Assembly (NCBI GenBank): GCA_038496445.1
Contig: JALMLS010000631.1
Coordinates: 62,001 to 126,000 of the forward strand
DNA: 64,000 bases
Source: Trichosphaerium sp. ATCC 40318
Lineage: Eukaryota > Protista > Tubulinea
Direction: 5' to 3'
The position numbers and the translations under genes are program-made. Shown in pieces: positions 12,201 through 24,308 of the stretch (the stretch's first letter is position 1; the number at the start of each line of letters is the position of its first letter). Below the pieces are notes generated by a model. The model searched no databases. It saw only the letters and a program-made list of their open reading frames with translations, and was not told the origin of the DNA.

Positions 12201-13450
12201 TACGAGCAAATCATAAAGGCTAACACTACGCAGAAGTTTAGCATACATGTTTTAAAATTGCTACGTAAGTGCACAAATATAAAATAAAAAATGATTATTT
12301 TGATCTTTTAGCGATAAATATAATGACAAGTGTCCACCCCATCACGTACCCTAAAAGCTCAAATACCATACAAAGGTGGTTTCGGTAAATAAAACAGTCC
12401 AATAAGCGCACTATGGGATACTGATCGGGATCATAAACGCTGTTGAGCTTTAAAATTGTGAGAACAAACCCTTTACGTAAAAATCAAAAAAAAAAATTTG
12501 TACCATCTTCAGTATGGATACTTCGACAAGACCTACGTAGTATTTAATAATCTGATCAATTTGAAATTCATTTCCCAAAAAAAGCTTACCTTGACTCAAA
12601 TACGCAGGGAGGTTTTTAACAATCTTTAGTGCTACCATTTGCTTTGTCTCTGGTTCGAAACACTTTACAACTTGACCAAAAGATCCTTGTCCTAGTACAT
12701 CCATGACAATGTATCTAGTAATTTTTTTATTTAGTACAACAGTAGACGCAATCAAAAAAAAAGTTTAAATCAAAGTGCCGTGAGAACAAAAAAGGCAAAT
12801 GGTAAAAACAAATGGGCACTATAAGATTCGCCAAAGCAGCACGCAAAACGTTTATAATGTCCAACTCCGGAGTGATTTATTGCTTTGCAATAAAAAAACA
12901 CCGAAACGGTTGATAAAAACGTTTGAAGGTGGAATTGGCAGACTTTAACTGAAGCCCATGTTTGGCGTCGCTCTAGTAGTTTTTCGTGCGTTTTTGTACG
13001 TACCTTGCTCTATTGCCAATAATAACGTCGTTTACGTATAATATATAGTTGTGCTCCACGTTGTCGTGCCCTCCGTTAGTTTCGGACGGCTCAGATGGCT
13101 TTGTGAGCACTCGTCGTGGATTGTTATTAACTGAGTAACCAAATTCGTTGTTCAAAGCTTGTAATGTGGTTATTAATCCTACTGTTAATTTTCTGACTAT
13201 CTAGCGGCGGACTGTTAGCGATGTAAGAGATCCACATTTTACTTACATTTCCGGTGACAGGATAGCTACTAGAGGCTCCAATTCCGCCCCCCGTATTTTT
13301 GTTAGTTTTTGTGAGTGTATTTTCGTTCTGCCTATCAAGGAACCCCTGATCGGTTCGTTTAAAAGCCCCCGTTCTAAATTGCCCTTGAAAGCACTTCGAA
13401 AGGTCTGGAGGCTCTGGTCCATAAGCCTGAGGCGCATTATATGCAGTCAT
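9201..13450 (-). CDS. YAK1: Yak1/YakA-like DYRK-family protein kinase with long low-complexity C-terminus (3' end uncertain)
   Basis: RRVLTKPS...[15 protein letters not shown] (Yak1 DH box region), [53 protein letters not shown]. Confidence 0.9.
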
Positions 13451-13914
13451 GCGCTTTGGGTGTTATAAATACAGTTTCGCTTTAATCCCGGCCACTTGGT
13501 AAACATAGACACACCGACCGGGCTATACAAGAATCTCTGAAAAAAGCGACTAAAAGTTGACTTATCTTGCAACCGCTGTTGTAAACTAACTGCTGCACGC
13601 TCCAACTCCCAACTGTGTCGTGACGCGTACACTTCTCGCGAAACTCCATTTGGATCACCTCAGGTCATCTGTCAAAAATGGTTTGCGTAATTATTGCACG
13701 GCGTTGTAGCATCACGTCCCTTTTTAGTTTGTTGAATGTCAAACTTTGCCACCGAAAAAGTTGCTGCTTTCTAACTTTAGCCTTGAGAGACTCTGACTCG
13801 TTAACGTAAGATTTGGGCGTCGGTTTCGCCCTGATGACACTTTAAGCAGTACAAGCTGTTGTTTAAGTATTTTATGTTTCCCTTTTTCTTCTTTTTTCTC
13901 GAGCGCGCTGTTGA

Positions 13915-16443
13915 ATGCACTCAATAACATCCAGGCTTTATTCATTGCGATTAAGCACTCTCACAGGTTCGTACGTAGTCAACATGTCTTAATCACAACA
14001 CATAGGTCATAGAAGAATTCCAACACGTTACACGCGCATGGTACGCAATTAATTGTAATTTAAATTCTTTGTGCCTAAAACTATTAGGAAACAACGGCGC
14101 AAACAGTTGATGCTCCCAAGCAAGGCGTAAAACGTAAATACAAAGCGATTGTAAATAATGTCAACAAATTCATTAACGAAAAAAAATTCTCTAAACTGCT
14201 TGATGCCAACGACGTTTCATACACTCGTGCGAAGAAGATTAGCTCTAAGAAATGGGGAGAAGTTACATTTGAAGTACGGGCGATATTGTACCACAACTTG
14301 TTTACAGTTGATAGAGCGAGGAGTTGATGAACGCCGCACTACCAAAAATATCTGAAATATTCTTTAGAGGAGAAAAATTCAAAGCTACACCAAAAATTGA
14401 TAAACAAGAATACAAGAAATCAACTACTGATAACCGCCCTCGTAAACCAATGCCAACTGATATCAGAGATGTTGTTACACCATGGCACAAGTACATAATA
14501 TCTACATTATGCTAACATCTGACTGACACGTGGTAGCATACCTTACGATCAACAACTCATCAAGAAGGGAAGACACATCCGTGATATTTTAATTAAAGTT
14601 GTCAAGACAACAAAAAAGGACAGCAGACATGGAAGAATGCCAAGTTGGATATTAGAGTACGAACTATTTGAAGCATTGTCATTGGATCAATTAAAACTCT
14701 TAGTAATCCTAAAACTGCATGTGCATTTGAGGGTGTTCGTGAATCTCCTGCGAAAGAAGGATACAGGAACAAGTGCTCTTACACTGTTGGCCCGTACGCT
14801 ATCATGTATGCTTCATTCCTTTGTTGATTGTTTGCAGTGACATTGATGGTAAGATAGCGATTGGTTTTCAGCTTGGCAGAACTGAGACTGGTTGTAATGT
14901 CACCGCGGTATTTCATTCTTTTTTGGCAATGAGTTTCTCAATCAGTTTTAGACACCTTACGATTGCGTTCACATTAGCGACATTGACAAGAAAGTAATTA
15001 AGGAGTTACAAGTGTTTGTAGAGAAATCAGGGCACAAAGAATGGGATAAATATGCTCACACTGGATTCTGGCGTAAAATTGTTCTACGTAGTACAACGTT
15101 AGGAGATGGTGAGCGAAGGTTTTTTCACAAAGAAATTGAGCTTATATTTTGTAGTATTGTTGGTGGCGCAAGTCAATCCGAAAGAATTAGAACCTGAGCA
15201 ATATGAATCTTTTAAGAAAGAGTTTGCTAGTTATGCACAAGAAAATATTAAAGATATAACAAGTTTATACTTGCAAGAATATGAGGTAAGAAAAGAACTT
15301 TTGATTACAATCAATTTTATCGCTCTATCTTTATTTTTTTTTGTGATTGTTTATTTCTACATTTAAGGGTATATCAAATGTCGCTGATGCGGATGCTCCT
15401 ATGATTAATTTGTTTGGTAAAAAACATATTTATGAGAATCTATGCGGTCTTAAGTACGCAATTATCACAAGGTTATAGCGCTCATAGAATCACAGATTTC
15501 GCATTTCTCCAACAGCTTTCTTTCAAACCAATATTGCAGCAACAGAAGTTCTGTATGGTATTGTAAAAGAATGGGCTGGAGAAGCTGGCCCGGAAACTAC
15601 TGTTTTTGACATTTGCTGTGGCACAGGGACAATTGGTATGTCTCTCACTGAGTTGTGAGACTGTAACTTACTGTTTTAATAGGATTAAGTATGGCGAAGG
15701 GTGCCAAGAGATTAATAGGTGCTGAAATTTGTGAAGAAGCTGTAGAAGATGCCATCGAAAATGCTAAAACCAATGGTTAGGCTTGTATCATTGCTTAATT
15801 TCTCTAAGACTGTGTAGGTGTTACTAATGCGACTTTTATTGCTGGAAAAGCTGAATCCACTATGCTTCAACATCTGGGAGAAGCTTATGGTGATACAAAT
15901 GTGATTGGTATACTGTATCTTTGTCGACAAATTTTTTTGTTGCTTTTTTTCAAAAGATTAGTTTTGTCCTTAACTTACACAAGCGATCCACCTCGTGCGG
16001 GAATGCATGGAAAAATTTTGAAAGCAATAAGAGATTGTAAATCTTTGAAGGTAGAATTGGTAGTGTTTTGGACTTGTCCTGATTAGTTCTTTGTAGCGCT
16101 TAGTTTACGTATCGTGTAACCCACCAGCATTTGTGCAAGATGCTGCAAAGTACGCCAATTTTATTACACTAAAAAAACCACTAACTGTTCTAATAGGTTG
16201 TGCAAAGCACCATCAAATGCTTGGAGTGGTGTTCCATTTAAACCAGTAAAAGCTGTCGCAGTTGACATGTTCCCTCACACAAAACATGAAGAATTGGTAG
16301 TCTTATTTGAACGAAACGAAGAGTTTATCAAGAAGAATGTCGTTGCTGATTTTAAGGCTGCTACTGCTGAAGTGAAGGATGCTGAAATGACAAATGCAGA
16401 ACAACCGACCGAGGTTAAGGACGAACCAAAAGCTTCGTCATGA
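13915..16443 (+). CDS. TRMT2A: tRNA (uracil-5-)-methyltransferase, TRMT2A/Trm2-like
   Basis: DVVTPW, GYRNKC, GFWRKIVLR, FDICCGTGTIG, DPPRAG, YVSCNP, VDMFPHTKHEELV motifs. Confidence 0.9.
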
Positions 16444-16481
16444 TTAAGTCTATTCCAAATCATAAAAGTTTGTAAAACAGA

Positions 16482-17889
16482 ATGCTGAAATTGCGTCCAG
16501 GTTTTGCCAACACCGCTTGCCGGCGAGGTGACAATAAATGAAAGGCGTTTCACCTTTTAAAACCTTTATTAGATACTATTACACCAGTAAAACGTACTAA
16601 CCGTGTTTCTCGTCATCCTGTCGTACTCTATTACTGTACAGACATTTCTGCTCGATTTGATGAAGCTGGTAAAAGCTTTGGCGTAAAAACGCTCGATGAG
16701 TGGTACAATAGATCTGGAGTCGATTTGATGCCAGCAGACGCCCGTTATGTACATGAGTAGGTTGTTTTGCGCTTATTGATCGCTTACTATTTTAGACGTC
16801 ACAATGGATCCTTTGCGAGTGCGCTGTGCACCATTTACCCACACTACAATTGGCAGTTGTGGAATTTCGAGTACAAAGATCTTTTCTACCTTTAAAATTA
16901 CTCATCGCTTTCAGTCAAGTACCAAAGCACGTTTGGGTATCGTTATACGCTCAACGCTTAAAGTTTGACAAAATCGCTGAGCAGCTTGGTATAAAAGCAT
17001 GCCATGACTGGTATGATGTCCGAAAAGAGAGCGTACTCTTATTTGGCGCTAGTGGCATTTTAAACAGGTACACATCACAATTATGGCACGTGCTTACTCT
17101 AGATAGACACAGTTGGAGTCTGGTTGTTGCGTTGCAAACATTGTATCCGGACTTTCCGTGGGACACAGATGAGTTCAGAAGGAGGTGAGTTGCTGCTCGC
17201 ATTAGAGTATCTAAGAACTGTCTAAATAGAACGTCAAAAAGACGTGCAAAAGCATTAAAAGCACTATATAAACGACCAACACGTAAGACGATTGTGGATG
17301 TGAAAAAAAAAGAGGAATCGTTGCTTATGAAGCTGAAGCGTAAGGCTTGGCTTGCTATTGCCATGGCACAGCTTGATGCACCAAGGCCTCTGTATGCTTA
17401 ATTGCGCTGGAAGACATTTACCTAATTTTACTTAAGGAAAAAGAAGTCCCGCCCTAATGGTTATTGGCAACGCAGTATCAAGGTAGTGGAGTTCTTAAAA
17501 AAGGTTGAAAAGGCACTAAACATCACTGACATTGGTTCATGGTGAGTTTCCAGTGAGCCCATATTCGTATTAAAGTATAACAGGTATCGGGTTTCTAGAC
17601 CGCAATTGGTAGTCATGGGCGGATCTGGTGTTATAAGGTATTGGCCGCACGTACTACAAAACGCCTATCCAGAATACAGTTGGGATTTTGATAGATTTGC
17701 AACGCAACATAGGCGGGCTGAGCAAAGGTATAATTCAATAGGCGTTACTTTTCTGACACTGAAAAGGGTGTTGAAGCATCATACCACAAAACTTTTCGTG
17801 CTTCCTCATGCCTCTGATTGAATGCATTGCGCACATCATTGAACGTTTGTGTAGAAATACTTTGAAATACGTACGCTACAAAACATTAA
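16482..17889 (+). CDS. Helical-repeat protein 1 (three ~65-70-aa W...DWY...GG.G...L...YP...W...F repeats), no nuclease domain, putative mitochondrial presequence
   Basis: Repeats such as VPKHVWVSLYAQRLKFDKIAEQLGIKACHDWYDVRKESVLLFGASGILNRHSWSLVVALQTLYPDFPW. N-terminus MLKLRPGFANTACRR. Paralog of the gene at 44039-46395. Confidence 0.75.
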
Positions 17890-17981
17890 CTTAAGTTGTT
17901 AAGACAACCTAATTTTATTCTTCTAATTTAGCCGAATTTTTGTGATTTATTTATCCAGTGACACCTCACAATACGCATCAA

Positions 17982-20900
17982 ATGGATTTTAAATCGTGCG
18001 TGGTAAACTTCCATGGCATACCACGCGATACACAACAAGTTTTAACTGACGCTATTAAAAAACTCGGTGGTACAGTAAACTATGTGTTTGGGAAGCAGGT
18101 ACCACCTCCATGCCCATTTATACCCTAACTACGTCAAAGACTACGCATTTAGTAACAACAACCAAAATTTTGTCGGCAAACGGTTATAAAATCCAACAAG
18201 CCAAAAAGCGTGGCGTAAACATCCTATTGGAGGCCCAAATAAGAAAAGTCATAGAAGCTGGAGAAGTTCAAGCTAAAAAAACACAAGCATTGCAAGCACC
18301 TATTTTAGACGCAGGTACCATCTTTGCAAACTAAACGATATTGTTTAAACCTTGGTAGATACGGGTAGTAGCATAATCACGTTTCACAACAACAAAGCTC
18401 CGGGAACGAAAGGTGCGTTATGGTTATCCTGTTAATTTGTATTCACGCGATCGGATAGCACCTCCTAGTATCAATTTATTACTACCAGACTCTGGAAGGT
18501 GTCACGGGACGTACCAGGTCGGCGTCTACGGGCTAAACTTTAACGGTACGAATCTTGTTCACAAAAAGTAAGTAACTGATTTTCTTATTTAGCTACAAAA
18601 CGGCTCCAGTTACGTTTTGGAAAACGTGTGTGTAAGGAACTTGAGTACCATGCTCCCACAGCCATTATTGCTACAATCCACGCAGACGACATTTTGGTAC
18701 CAACAGATAAAAAAACACAATACTTTGCTGACTTGTGTTTGAGCCTGGAAACGTTCATGTATCAGCTTCTAACGATGGTGGAAAAACTTATGGCCCTTCG
18801 TGCCGTTTCAGGTTTTATGGTACAAAGAGATTCAGAACACCTTTTACGTGTAGATGCTCTTACTGACTGTTGTAGATGATGTAAATGCTCTGTTACCTTC
18901 AAATACAAAAGATGAAAATGCAGCTGTACTGTCAGGCCAATTAATGAACTTAAGGCGTAGCATATATGCTCTAAAGGCAGGTATGAACAACATTGAGCAG
19001 CTTGAGATGACCATGGTTGGCGAAATCTCAAAAATGGGCATCGATATTATGCCTCTAAATGGTAAAGATACTGCACCTCAAGTCAACCACCGCGCTGCTA
19101 TTTTACCACCTGCATCAAAACCAAAAAGAGTGGACATTACCAAACCTTCCGAACCAGATGGTAAGCTCGTATACAAACAACTTTCTGATTGTGTTTTTTT
19201 AGCTGGTAACCCAACAACAAAGCAAAATGTTGTATCAAAAGGAGCTCTGAAAGATCGAGAAATACATATCTTTATATCATCACCTTTCAAAGTACGCCTT
19301 TCAAATATCATGTGCTTTTTTTAATCAGTGTAGGATATGGTAGAGGAGCGCGATTTATTTGTAAAACGTATCATCCCCAAACTACGCAAAATGTATGAAT
19401 TATTTTCTCTACAGTGTAACTAAATCATTTTTAAAGATGCTCAGAAAGGGATGTACTTCTCAGTTTCGTTGACCTCCGCTGGGGCGTCACTGACGCTCAA
19501 GCAAAACAGGCCACGTCTCTACTTCTGTGCCTAAGGGAGGTTGAAAAATGTAATATTTTTATTGGTCTCTATGGCGAACGTTATGGATGGTACTTACACT
19601 AAATGAGTAAAAAGCGCTCATAATCTATTACAGGTGCTTGTCTGAAAATGCATTCTCAAACCCAACAAAGGAAGATGAACTACTCAAGAGATCTATTGAC
19701 TTTGCTACCAAGGAGGTTCCTTGGGTCAATAATTACAGGGATAGGTCTGTGACTGAAATGGAAATGAGAATGGTACCTTTTTTCTTGGTGGAGACTGTTT
19801 ATTAACCTACTGCCAGGTGCTTGACAATCACCACCAAGGAACCGACAAGGCATGCTGGTTTTACTTGCGCGATGAATACTACGTCGAGAGCGTAGACAAG
19901 GATAAGCATTTATTCACATCAGAAAGTAAATACCACAAAGGCATTCTTGATAATCTAAAGAGTGATATCCAAAAGAGCCAATTTCCTCATACGGAATATG
20001 CCAGGTAGTTCATTAAAAGCTAACTAAATCCTAATGTGTTTCTAGACCACATTGCTTTGCAGAAGAAGTTGGTGAACACTTAGAAGAATACATTGACAAA
20101 CTGTTCCCTGAAGGCACGTGATATGTAATCTACCTCCTTACTTACTTTTTCAAAGGCTCTGGACTGGAACCTTTCTACAAGGAGCAATTCCAACATCAGA
20201 TGTATGGACGTACACTAACACGTGTGTACCTACCAACCGAAAAGTATTTTATGGAATTGGATCGTTACGCTTCAACGAACACAACCATGCCTTTGGTTGT
20301 TCACGGACCGGTACACAATTAAAAAAGAAAGTGCATACCTCCTTACAATACAATAGAGTGGTATTGGTAAGTCAGCATTGCTAGCCAACTGGACCGTGCG
20401 ATACAAAGAACATCACCCTGAAGACGTGGTGATCGAGCATTACATTGGTTGTTCACCATCATCCAATAATCACTGTTTGATGATGCGTCGTATCATGGAT
20501 GAGCTTCAAGAAGAACTTGGCGACAAGACAAAGGATATTCCTTCCAAACCTGACGAAATTGAAAAAGTTTTTGCGAGGTGGTTGGAAACAACACTTGTCC
20601 GAAACAAACGATCAAAACTGGTTTTGGTAATACTTATCAATGCGTTGTTTAACATACTAACTATTGAATAGGTAATAGATGGTCTTGATAGCTTGGATAA
20701 TACATCTAAAGCTCATAATCTACTGTGGCTACCTGTGAACTTCCCAACACTTGTTCGTGTTATTATGTCAACGGTACGAGTTTGCTTTTATCAGTAGCTA
20801 AAACCTTATCACTTAGTCTCCTGGTGACTCATTAGAGGCTGCTCAACGACGTAGTTACCCAATGTTGGCTATAGAACCCCTTGGTCAAGCACAGCGTGTC

Positions 20901-23900
20901 TCATTTATTCGCAAATACTTAGCTCTAAACAGTAAAAAGTTGGAGTCTGAACAAGAGTTTAAAATCGCGAGTGTTCAACAATCTGGAACTCCACGATTCT
21001 TAAAGTCCTTGGTTGAAGATATCAGTGTTTGGGGTTCATTTGAAGATTTGAACGAGCGCATTGATAGAAACTTACGCGCCAAGAATGCAGCTCAGTTATA
21101 CGAGATTGTACTATCAAGAATAGAAGACGACTTTGATAAAGGAACAAAAGATATTGTGCAGAACTTTATGGTACAAAAAACCCACTTATTCTATTCACTA
21201 TCTAATATCTTTGATTAGTCGCTTGTATGGGGTTCAAGACGCGGTCTGAATCTTGATACAGAGCTAGAGCGTATACTCAGACGTATGGGTATAGATTCTA
21301 AGGAATGGATGTCTGTTTACCTTGCTGCTGAGGATTTAAGACTGTTTTCAAGGTTGGTGAAACGTTTAACAACTGTTTTGGATGGTGTTGACTGTTGTTT
21401 AGTTCGGGTGGTTTATTAAAATTCTCAAACAGAGATATTGCATTGGCCGTAGGAAATAGATACCTTGAGACTGAGACAGCGAAACGTCGCGTTCACGGTG
21501 TACTAGGTGAGTTGTATGCTTTACATAACCTTTCTTATTGATTACTCTTAGGCGACTTTTTTAGCACATATGAAGGAGACGCTGCTCGTAAAGTAGATGA
21601 ACTGTGTTGGCAATTAGAAAAGGCCCAAGAATATGACAAGTTACAACGTGCTCTCATCGACCTGAGGTATAAAAGAAAATTGCCAACCCACGAACGTAAA
21701 TTTGATTTTCCATTTAGAGTATTTCACGCTTTGTACACTGGTGGAAACAAATTCGAGCTCTTCAGATTTTGGAGGACTCTAGAAAGTACAAAGACAGTGG
21801 ATGTTGTCGAAGAATACTGTAATGCACTTGCTAGAGGTGATAACTTCCCTCCAGGTACGCAACTCTTATCTCAGCTGAGAATTAAGCATCTATAGATATT
21901 ATCACTGGCGATATGTTCTATTGTGTGGGTAGATACTTTGAGGAGATAGCACGTTTTGATGCAGCAGAAAAGGTGTACCTACAAGCACGATACTACTATG
22001 AAGTCAGTTCGCAAAACATGAGTACGTTTTTCATTTCATATTTGGGCACTTTGGTGTTAACGAGTACTTGTAGAAGTTGCATTGATGGATTACGTCGTGT
22101 CACGTGTTCTAATGTATCAAGCACGTTTTGATGAAGCTGAAAAAATCATTAAGAAGGCGTTACGTATCTACCAACGCGAGAAGGTATATAAAATAAACGC
22201 AGAGTTCACCTGCTTACTATTCTTCTCAAGGGAGAAGAATCGCTTGAAGAAAGTCATGTGTGTTTACGTCTTGGTTCTTTGTATACTCAATTGAACCAGT
22301 TCGAAAAAGCAGAGCAATTCTTTGATAGATCGGAGAAGATCCGTATTGCAAAGTTAGGTCCTAATCACTCACGTGTAGCACAGGTGAGATTCTTGTTTTA
22401 TTTTAATGCTATCCACTCACCTATTTTTAGTTGTACATGCACAAAATCTCCTTTTATGAAGGCATGATGGAGCACGATAAAGCTCTAGAGGTTGGAACTA
22501 AAGCTCTAACACTCACCGAACGTGCCTTTGGGCCAAACGATCTATCTGTATCTTCTATCCTAGCAAGGTTAGGCCGTATACATATTCTTGGAGAACGATT
22601 CGAAGAGGTTCGTTTAAATGTTTGAGAATCAGTAATGCTTATTTTTTGATTTAGGCACAAAAGTGTTTAAATAGAGCTAAAGCGATTTGTGAAGAGAAGC
22701 TTGGTGCAGAGCACCCAGCTACTGCAGATGTTCAATACGATCTCGGTTGTCTTATATGGATACGCGGAGAGGATATATCGAAAAGAAAGGTATTATACTA
22801 AGAGAACAATACTTGTAGTTGTTTTGTTTACTGAAATGAAATAGGACGAATTAGAAAAGATGGAATGGGCTAAAGATAGAGCAATGAGAATATTCACACG
22901 TGTTCTGAAGACTAAGGAAAATGCACTTGGAGAAGATCACCCTCAAGTTGCACGTGTACTTACGAGGTACGTTATTACAAAACGATATAATGTGAGTACT
23001 GATGTGTTATTTTTAAAGGCTTGGATCTTTGTTTATTGAAAGAAGCGAGTTTGGAAAAGCACAAGTTAACTTGTTTAAATCTCTTGATATTTACAAACGA
23101 AAGCTTGGTTCAGATCACTCACGTGTTGCTCATGTGTACAAACATTTAACAACACTTATGGAAATGCAAGAAAAATACCAAAAAGCCTATGACTACGCTA
23201 TGGAGGTAAACCTTTGTCGGAGTTTCTGTTTACCCCGACTAACGTTTTCTTGTCTAGGCTCTTCGTATTACTGAATCTATCTACGGACAAACATCTACAC
23301 GTTGCGCTGGCTTATATAATAGGCTTGGACATTTGTCAAAGATAATAGAAGAAGAGAAACGAAAGAAAAACAAGGTAGATATACCAACAATGCAACAAAA
23401 GAGGGATTTACCAAGGTTCGATCCTAACAATGCTCTCTTTTTGTTACTACTTCTGACTACGAACTAGCGCTGCACACTTTTTGGAAAAGGCGCTGAGAGT
23501 ACGCCAAAAAGGAAACTACGAAGCTGCAGAAGACAAGTTCAAGGGTAAACGAATGGTATGTATTGGTTGGCTCCTCTCCAGGAGAATATTTTGCCGTTGT
23601 TTAACACAAGTTTTTACAGAATTTGATGGCTCAAATCCACGAGATTGGAAGAGCTAAGCTAAAAAGGAGAGGTCAAAATGACGCTGAAGTTGAAGCGAGG
23701 AAAGAAGCAGCGCAGAGAAAGGCACAAAAGGAGGCCATAGCAGTTCGGGTTATCCCACCAGAATTCAGGAAACTATGGGCTGCTGTGATGGCAGAATTAT
23801 TAAGAACTCAAAGTAAAACATTACAGACAGTACAAACGATATCCAAGTGTGGTATGTAGAATTTTGTTTAGAGTTGTACAACAAAATCTCATTTAACTTT

Positions 23901-23981
23901 TTTCTTCTAGCGAATTACGAACAACAAAAAACCTGGTGGGCACAAGACGACTCCTATAGCATCAAGGCACATAAAAAGTGA
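17982..23981 (+). CDS. STAND NTPase, NPHP3/TEP1-like: BRCT - IPT/TIG - DUF4062 - NACHT-like NTPase - TPR - WH2-like tail
   Basis: BRCT (IKKLGGTV...TTHLV...AKKRGVNIL); DUF4062 (IFISSPFKDMVEERD...VDLRWGV); Walker A HGPSGIGKS; Walker B LVIDGLDSL; kinesin-light-chain-type TPRs (LGPNHSRVA, LGAEHPATA, LGEDHPQVA). Confidence 0.85.
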
Positions 23982-24308
23982 ACAAATAGCCATCTAACAA
24001 CTACGCACATGTAATTTAACTTTCTCCAATTTGAACAATAAACACGATTTTGTTCAACCAGAAATTTCTGGGTTCAATACTGCGTAAAAATCCTTTGTTC
24101 ACTCGACAAAAATCGTCACGACTTGCAATCCTCGGCTGATGTTCTGCGAGTATTTTACCTGCTTGTTTGCTAAACCCTGAACCAGTAACTCCTTCAAGTT
24201 TGCGAGCATTGACGGGAAACTATTTTCGAAGAGTTTTTACGTTGGAATTCCACAAGTTTAAAAAGTCAACAATAGTAGGAATCTAAAAATTCACCCAAAC
24301 TACAAGTA

